Source: Dudresnaya verticillata
Taxonomy: Eukaryota
Length of the DNA: 64,000 bases
Direction: 5' to 3'
NCBI GenBank assembly: GCA_977862235.1
Contig: OZ374566.1
Span: 248,001-312,000 of the forward strand
Each line of letters starts with the position of its first letter. The stretch's first letter is position 1. A program made the translations under genes and the position numbers. The notes beneath the pieces were generated by a model that saw only the letters and a list, made by a program, of their open reading frames with translations, did not search any database and had not been told where the DNA came from. This document shows positions 58,603-64,000 of the stretch, one piece after another.

Positions 58603-61539
58603 ATGCCCTCCCCGCCGCCCCCTCCGCCGGCGCTGCCAGTCGCGCGCTTCGAGCGCCTGCTGCTCGCGGCCGACGCGTCCGCCCTGCTCGCAGCAGGGCT
58701 TCCCGACGCGGCCGCGGTGGCGCGCGGCGACTACGCCATCCTCACGTCGCCGCCGACCGCGTCCTCGCTGGCGTCGCAGCTGGCTCACGACGCCGCCTCC
58801 TCCGTTGGCGCGCTGCCGCCAAGGCCTTCGTTGCTCGCGCCAGCGCTGCGCGCCGCGCTAGCCGGCAGCACCCACCACCTCTTCGCCGTGTACACCGCGG
58901 GCGTCGCGCTGTTGCACGCCTTCCTTCGCGCCAATTGGGCCGGTCCCGACCTCAGCCCCGGAGCGTCTGCTGCAGCTCCCGCAGCCCACGACGCCGCCGC
59001 GGCATTGCTGCTCGCCTCGGATGGCGAGGACGTTGCCCGCCCCGCCCGCCGCCTCGCCTGGTTGCACGCCGCCCGCGCCGTCCTGCTCCACCCCGCCCCC
59101 GAGCTCGTCCGCTGCGGCGCCACACTTGCCCCCTGGCTCGCCACCCGTGTCGCCCTCGCACACCAGGCTGTCCTTTCCGGCCTTTCTCCGAGCCTCGGGT
59201 ATGATGCTTTTACAATGTTTGCCTGCTTTCTTGGCAAGCCTGTGCTTCCTGCGCGCGAGCGTCTCGCGCAGCCAGGAGAGGCAGTCCAAGCGGTGGAGCA
59301 GTCGCGGTTGGTCGAAGAGGAGGAAGAAGATGACTTTCTGCTCCCCGCCCCGGCGGCCGAGGGTGCTGACTTTTGCGACGAAGATTCTCTGTTTGTGTGC
59401 GCTCTGGATCCGACCGACCCCATGGATCAACGCCTCCTGGCTCTCGCCCATCTCGAACTGGCACTTACGAGGAAGCTGTACTATGATGGCGATGGCGCTC
59501 TGGACAGTCTCAAGGAAGCCTGTCAACTGGAGAATATCGCCTTTCACGTATCGGGCGAGTTGGGAGTCCGCATGAAACACCAGACCAAGTCCACTGCCCA
59601 GCTTGTTGCGCGCGCTTTTGAGCGCGCGGGAGACTTGGACCCAGCCAGTTTGTCTGGTACAGAAGCCCCACAGGCAGACGCTGTGAAGTTTCCGAACACA
59701 ACTTTGTTTACTGCGAGTGCAGATCAGCAGGGAATTGCCAGCCTTCCATTGCCGAAGAACGTGGCCGTGAATGACTCGGACGTGCTTGGCTATATTCAGC
59801 TCACGGGCGAGAATGCATCTGAGTTGACTGCCTCGGAAAAGGGAGGCGAGGATGGCAGTGATACCGAGGATGGGCACGAGGAGTCGCACCTTGCACTTGG
59901 TGAGGAGCTTCAGTTTCTGAGCCCTCTTAGGCAGGCTCTGGCACTGGGAGAAGCGTCTGTCGTCCGCGCGCGAAATGCATCCCACGTCTTGACAAAGGAG
60001 GAAATGGCCCCGTATGTCAACCTTGTCATTCAGAATGCGGAGAGCCCGTTGGGAACGAGCAGCGTTCTACAGATACGCGCCCTAATGATGAGAATGACCT
60101 TTGAACGAGAGCGCGGCAGGTTTTTGGAACGGTGCATGTCTCAGATGGAAGAAATTGGAAGGTTCGTGGGTGACCCTATGGAGTCCGAAACGGAGGAACT
60201 TCGAAATGCTGCTGGCGCTGAACGAAACTTTTGGCTCTTGGCCTCTGCATTGCCTCCAAGCTGGGAGCTGAAGAAAGAGCTGGCAATATCATTTGGGCGC
60301 ATTGGTTTGGTCAAGTCGGCGATGGAAATTTTCGAAAAGCTTGAGTACTGGGATGAGCTGGTCGATTGCCATCGTCTCATTGGCAATGTTGGAGCTGCAG
60401 AGTCCTTAGTTCGTGAGCAGCTAGAGCTACTGGACAAGGCCGTATTAGAAGACGGTCTCATGGACGAAGGTGAAGAGGACGGCCCCAACTTTATGCACTT
60501 TGGATCCAAAGGTGCAATGCATGCGAGGGCAGCGCGAAGACCTCGCCTCCTCTGCGTCCTTGGCGATGTAACTCGCAACAAGGAGCATTTTGAAACCGCA
60601 TGGGAGGAAAGTGGTAACAAATATGCGCGGGCAAAGCGCGCCCTAGGGCGCATGTGTGTCGAGGCTGAAGAATGGGAAGACGCGGTGTCGCACTTTCGCC
60701 AGGCACTGGCGGTTAACGCTCTCTTCCCTGAAGTATGGTTCACGTACGGCTGCGCTGCAATCCAGACGGGAGACATGCAGCTGGCTGCAAACGCGTTTAC
60801 CAGAGTGGTCCAGCAAACGCCAGAAAACGGTGAAGCATGGAATAACCTTGGCCGCGTGCTTCATGAACTAGGCAAGGAAAAGGAAGCCCTCAAGGCGCTA
60901 ACTGAAGCTGCAAAGACCAAACGAGATTCTTGGCGGATATGGAGCAATGTATTGATGCTTGCAACAGAGCTTCGCTCCAGTGCCGAGATTGTCCGGGCAA
61001 TGGAGCGGCTTTTGGAGCTCAAAGGAAAGGACGGTGTCAAGGCAGAGTCTATCGGGGTGGCAGTTGCAGAAGTTGTACGGATGAGTTCCTCTGATGATGC
61101 GGAAGACATGGCTCTCGTGGGCCCTGTTTGTCGCAAACTGCTCAAGGTTCTCGGGAGATGCACCGCCCTCGTCTCTACCAATCCATCCATTTGGGCTGCA
61201 TATGGCGAGCTCCATGAACTTGTTCCCTCGGCCGGGGGAGCTCAAAAGGCGTTTGATTGCCGACTCAAGCAAGTGAGATCACTCGTCGCGCATGGTGAAT
61301 GGGCAAGAGACAAGACACAATTTCGACACATGGTGATTGCATCTGATGCACTTGCACGGGTTGCGCTTCGCACTGGAAATAGCTTGAACATTCGCGCAGC
61401 AAGACTTCATGTGGCCAGTGCAATTGGGCAAACATCTGCAGATTTCAAAGCGGATGAGGCATTTGCACGGCTAAACCAGGTTGCACAATCTTTAGCGGCG
61501 AAAGCTGGCGCATCCTCCGGCGAAGACGCTTCGACATAG
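58603..61539 (+). CDS. TTC27: TPR protein TTC27/Emw1 homolog, ~978 aa
   Basis: FLRANWAGP, GELGVRMKHQ...AQL, GLVKSAMEIFEKLEYW, TPR run WFTYGCAA...GEAWNNL...SWRIWSN. Confidence 0.9.
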   Translation: MPSPPPPPPALPVARFERLLLAADASALLAAGLPDAAAVARGDYAILTSPPTASSLASQLAHDAASSVGALPPRPSLLAPALRAALAGSTHHLFAVYTAGVALLHAFLRANWAGPDLSPGASAAAPAAHDAAAALLLASDGEDVARPARRLAWLHAARAVLLHPAPELVRCGATLAPWLATRVALAHQAVLSGLSPSLGYDAFTMFACFLGKPVLPARERLAQPGEAVQAVEQSRLVEEEEEDDFLLPAPAAEGADFCDEDSLFVCALDPTDPMDQRLLALAHLELALTRKLYYDGDGALDSLKEACQLENIAFHVSGELGVRMKHQTKSTAQLVARAFERAGDLDPASLSGTEAPQADAVKFPNTTLFTASADQQGIASLPLPKNVAVNDSDVLGYIQLTGENASELTASEKGGEDGSDTEDGHEESHLALGEELQFLSPLRQALALGEASVVRARNASHVLTKEEMAPYVNLVIQNAESPLGTSSVLQIRALMMRMTFERERGRFLERCMSQMEEIGRFVGDPMESETEELRNAAGAERNFWLLASALPPSWELKKELAISFGRIGLVKSAMEIFEKLEYWDELVDCHRLIGNVGAAESLVREQLELLDKAVLEDGLMDEGEEDGPNFMHFGSKGAMHARAARRPRLLCVLGDVTRNKEHFETAWEESGNKYARAKRALGRMCVEAEEWEDAVSHFRQALAVNALFPEVWFTYGCAAIQTGDMQLAANAFTRVVQQTPENGEAWNNLGRVLHELGKEKEALKALTEAAKTKRDSWRIWSNVLMLATELRSSAEIVRAMERLLELKGKDGVKAESIGVAVAEVVRMSSSDDAEDMALVGPVCRKLLKVLGRCTALVSTNPSIWAAYGELHELVPSAGGAQKAFDCRLKQVRSLVAHGEWARDKTQFRHMVIASDALARVALRTGNSLNIRAARLHVASAIGQTSADFKADEAFARLNQVAQSLAAKAGASSGEDAST

Positions 61540-61647
61540 ATGTACGACATGTATATAGTATATTCATACACACATTGGAGAACGATGTTTTTTGTACAGA
61601 AGAAAAATGCACAAAGTGGCAATCTCTACCATACCGTCCAGCTGCGC

Positions 61648-62478
61648 TCAAGAGACCTTTTCACGCTCTGCTCTTCTCTTTTTACGCTCCTCGCGAATCC
61701 TTTCTCTTTCAGCCTTCCGCTGCCCTTTCTCTTGCTTCTTCTTGAGCCTGTCACTATGTTTGTCTATCCGCGTGGCTGTCTTTAAGGATGGCTGTTGTTT
61801 TGCGTGACCATCATGTTCGTGATGAAGAGGGTCCTCTTTGGCTTTCAGATCCCTTCTGTTAGGACTCGAGGGCGTCTCTGTTCCATGAGGCACTGCCTCG
61901 ATTTCGTCCTGGCGCTCACGATCGCCCCGCGCCTGTTGTTTACGCAGTGCCTTCAGCCGGCGCAAAACTGCCTTTTCTCGGCGCGCCTCCGCAGTCTGCG
62001 CTTCAGACGAACCCCCATTCGCCATGTCACCGCCATCTGCATCTTCTGGTCGTGCGTTCGTCACGTGCGTGTTGGCCTCCTTCAGCTCCGGCGGGGTGGT
62101 GTCGAGAGCAGTAGAGCGGCCATCCTCTGGGATGGAATAGTCGCGTGCGTGATCAACGCGAAGGGTGCGGTTCGGAGCAATCTCGACACCGGTAAAGTTG
62201 TCGACAGCCAACACCGCGCTGCGCGGGTCATTGTACATCAAGAAGGCAAAGCCGCGTGACTTCCCTGTTTCCGCGTCTCGCACGAGGTTTACGTGGACGA
62301 CTGTGCCGTACTGCTCAAAGATGGCCAGCAGGTCGCCTTCCGTGTAAGCGGTTGGCAGACCGCCGACGTAAATAAACGGACAGGTGGCGTACTCTTGGTG
62401 CCATGAGGCCGACGTGCCAGCGATTCCTAGGCCTAATTCTGTTTCGTTGAGCTTGCGGATGGCCTCCACCTTGTTCAT
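61648..62478 (-). CDS. RBMX2: RES-complex RRM protein RBMX2/Ist3/Snu17
   Basis: LNETEL...SWHQEY...IYVGGLP...TEGDLL...TGKSRGFAFL...SAVLAVDNF...RTLRVDH; basic tail. Confidence 0.95.
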   Translation of the reverse strand: MNKVEAIRKLNETELGLGIAGTSASWHQEYATCPFIYVGGLPTAYTEGDLLAIFEQYGTVVHVNLVRDAETGKSRGFAFLMYNDPRSAVLAVDNFTGVEIAPNRTLRVDHARDYSIPEDGRSTALDTTPPELKEANTHVTNARPEDADGGDMANGGSSEAQTAEARREKAVLRRLKALRKQQARGDRERQDEIEAVPHGTETPSSPNRRDLKAKEDPLHHEHDGHAKQQPSLKTATRIDKHSDRLKKKQEKGQRKAERERIREERKKRRAEREKVS

Positions 62479-62970
62479 TGTGTGGGCCGAGGTATGGGGC
62501 GCAACACTGAGAGCGGACTCAGGGCAGAAGCAATAGCACTGACGTTGGTCTCACTTTTGATCCTGCTATTAAGAGAACCAAGGGGTGGGCGGGGATACCG
62601 GGTGTTGGGGTTCCGTTTTTTGACTTCCGATTTCGAAACGCGTCGGAGCAAAAAAAGTGCTGGTTTCTCTACGAGTCTTAGTTGCGGATTGCGTCTCCTC
62701 GTAGTCTTGCCGTCGTCGGTCGCGAGCATTGCACGAAGTCGTTTCCGGTGTCCGTGCAAGGGAAAATGCTGCTGTGGGATCGGCAAAAACAACGAGAACT
62801 TCAGCAAAAGCAATGCTGCACGCTAACCCGCTGACCATACATATACCCCGAAGAGCGCAGTGCGAATTGCAACATTGGCGCCGCGGTAATATACCTCATG
62901 ATCCGCACGCATAGCACCTGTTGCATCCAGTGCAATGCGAGATTCAACAAGCGATACAAAAGAATGCTAA

Positions 62971-63628
62971 TCATGTCGAAGGAGGCGGGTCGCGATGACC
63001 CATCGGGAACAGAGCAGCGGAGACGCTCCTGGACTCCTGGTTGAGCACATTGAAAGTATGGCAAGCGTTTTTTGTATCCAGGACCTCCAGACTAACGCCA
63101 ATATCCTTGAAGAATGCACGCACCAGCGGGGACGCCGGCTGAAACAGACGCACAAAGAAATAACAGTGCGGCAGCAAGTCAGCAAAGTGCTCCCCTCTGT
63201 GCCCGTCGTTACATAAATTGGGAATATGAGCGTTGAGCACGTACCACAAGAACCTCACCAGTGCCAAGCAGGACAATATCTGGCCTGGGGTGCGTGAGCT
63301 TGACAAGCGCAAAGGCGTCAGGAAGCAGGCGGCTCACGCTGGCGACGTTCCACAGCGTGGAGAAGCGCGGCATGACCACGACCGGGCCCGACACGCGCAC
63401 GCCCGAAATGGTGAAGGAAGAAGGCCCCAGCGCGTCGATGGTGGCGCGCGCGTCGCTCTCGCGCCCCAGCGCGGCCGGCGTGAGGTCGACGCCGAGCGCG
63501 TCGAACGGCGACGATGGCGGCGGCGGCCGCGGCGAGGATGGGGGTGGCCCGCGCGCGGACGAGGCGCACGTCCGCCACGCGCACGACTGACGCGCTGGCG
63601 CGAGATGGCGCAGGCGCGCGAGAGACAT
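62971..63628 (-). CDS. NDUFAF3: Mitochondrial complex I assembly factor 3 (Mth938 domain), 183 aa, 2 exons
   Basis: Exons 63628-63245 and 63138-62971, 106-bp GTACGT..CAG intron; PDIVLLGTG...LEVLDTKNACHTFNVLNQESR.VSAAL; R-rich transit-like N-terminus. Confidence 0.9.
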
Positions 63629-64000
63629 CGCTGTGGTGTGTGGATCGGGGGTGGGAGTGCGCGAAGGCGGGGGCGGATGGGGAGGGTGGCCGGGCGATGG
63701 CGGTGCCGCGGACCTTCGAGGCTTCGGCGATGCGCCCCCTCGCCGATTGCCATTACAGAAATGTGCTTCAGAGCGGAGCTTGGGCCGGGCCCAGACGCGC
63801 TTACAGAGGTGACGTCACAGGCGAATTGGCCTTCGGAGCTGCCGCGAGCTTCAACGCCAACCCAATCTCCTCGCGAACCGCAACCGAGTGGAAAGCGGGA
63901 CGCGAGCCAGTCTTTCCTGCTCGCCTACAAACGCCGCGGGGGACGGCGCGCACGCCGCCATCGCGAGCCCGACCCGCCACGACCCGTCGCGTCGAAATGT

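Noticed and set aside
57835..58604. Apparent 770-bp overlap of the 1084-aa and 1234-aa ORFs
   Set aside because: GC-rich stop-poor sequence extends both ORFs; plausible ATGs at 58256 and 58603 remove the overlap
62475..62970. Short ORFs between RBMX2 and NDUFAF3
   Set aside because: No recognisable motifs; fits UTR/promoter sequence

Overview
This is eukaryotic nuclear DNA, probably a red alga (inferred from compact intron-poor genes, ~105-bp GTACGT introns and the copia type). About 1-50 kb is a nested, transposon-rich accessory region and about 52-64 kb is a compact cluster of host genes. (1) 1-8613 is a cargo block with a frameshifted prokaryote-type ParB-domain + DPPY amino-methyltransferase gene and several orphan ORFs. 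It ends in what looks like a DNA-transposon terminus inserted into a copia element. (2) A Ty1/copia remnant (8614-22164) is interrupted by an 11.1-kb chromodomain-bearing Ty3/gypsy element (8866-19995, TTGAA TSD). The gypsy element has a -1 frameshift signal, a truncated 3' LTR and a large antisense extra ORF region. (3) An 8.7-kb near-identical direct duplication (22837-31512 / 33772-42463) is separated by a templated copy of part of a host gene lying 24 kb downstream. The duplicated unit contains a 2.3-kb element with an LTR-like head and a LINE-like AATAAA-(CT)n tail, plus 5'-truncated CRE-like (RLE endonuclease) retrotransposon insertions with TSDs. (4) An older diverged duplication (~43.7-50.2 kb vs ~52.4-55.4 kb) carries a hAT derivative, solo LTRs and a pogo-like MITE. 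(5) Host genes: a short Skp1-like gene, a pseudokinase-ARM protein, TTC27, RBMX2 and NDUFAF3. All comparisons were made by eye; no database searches were run.
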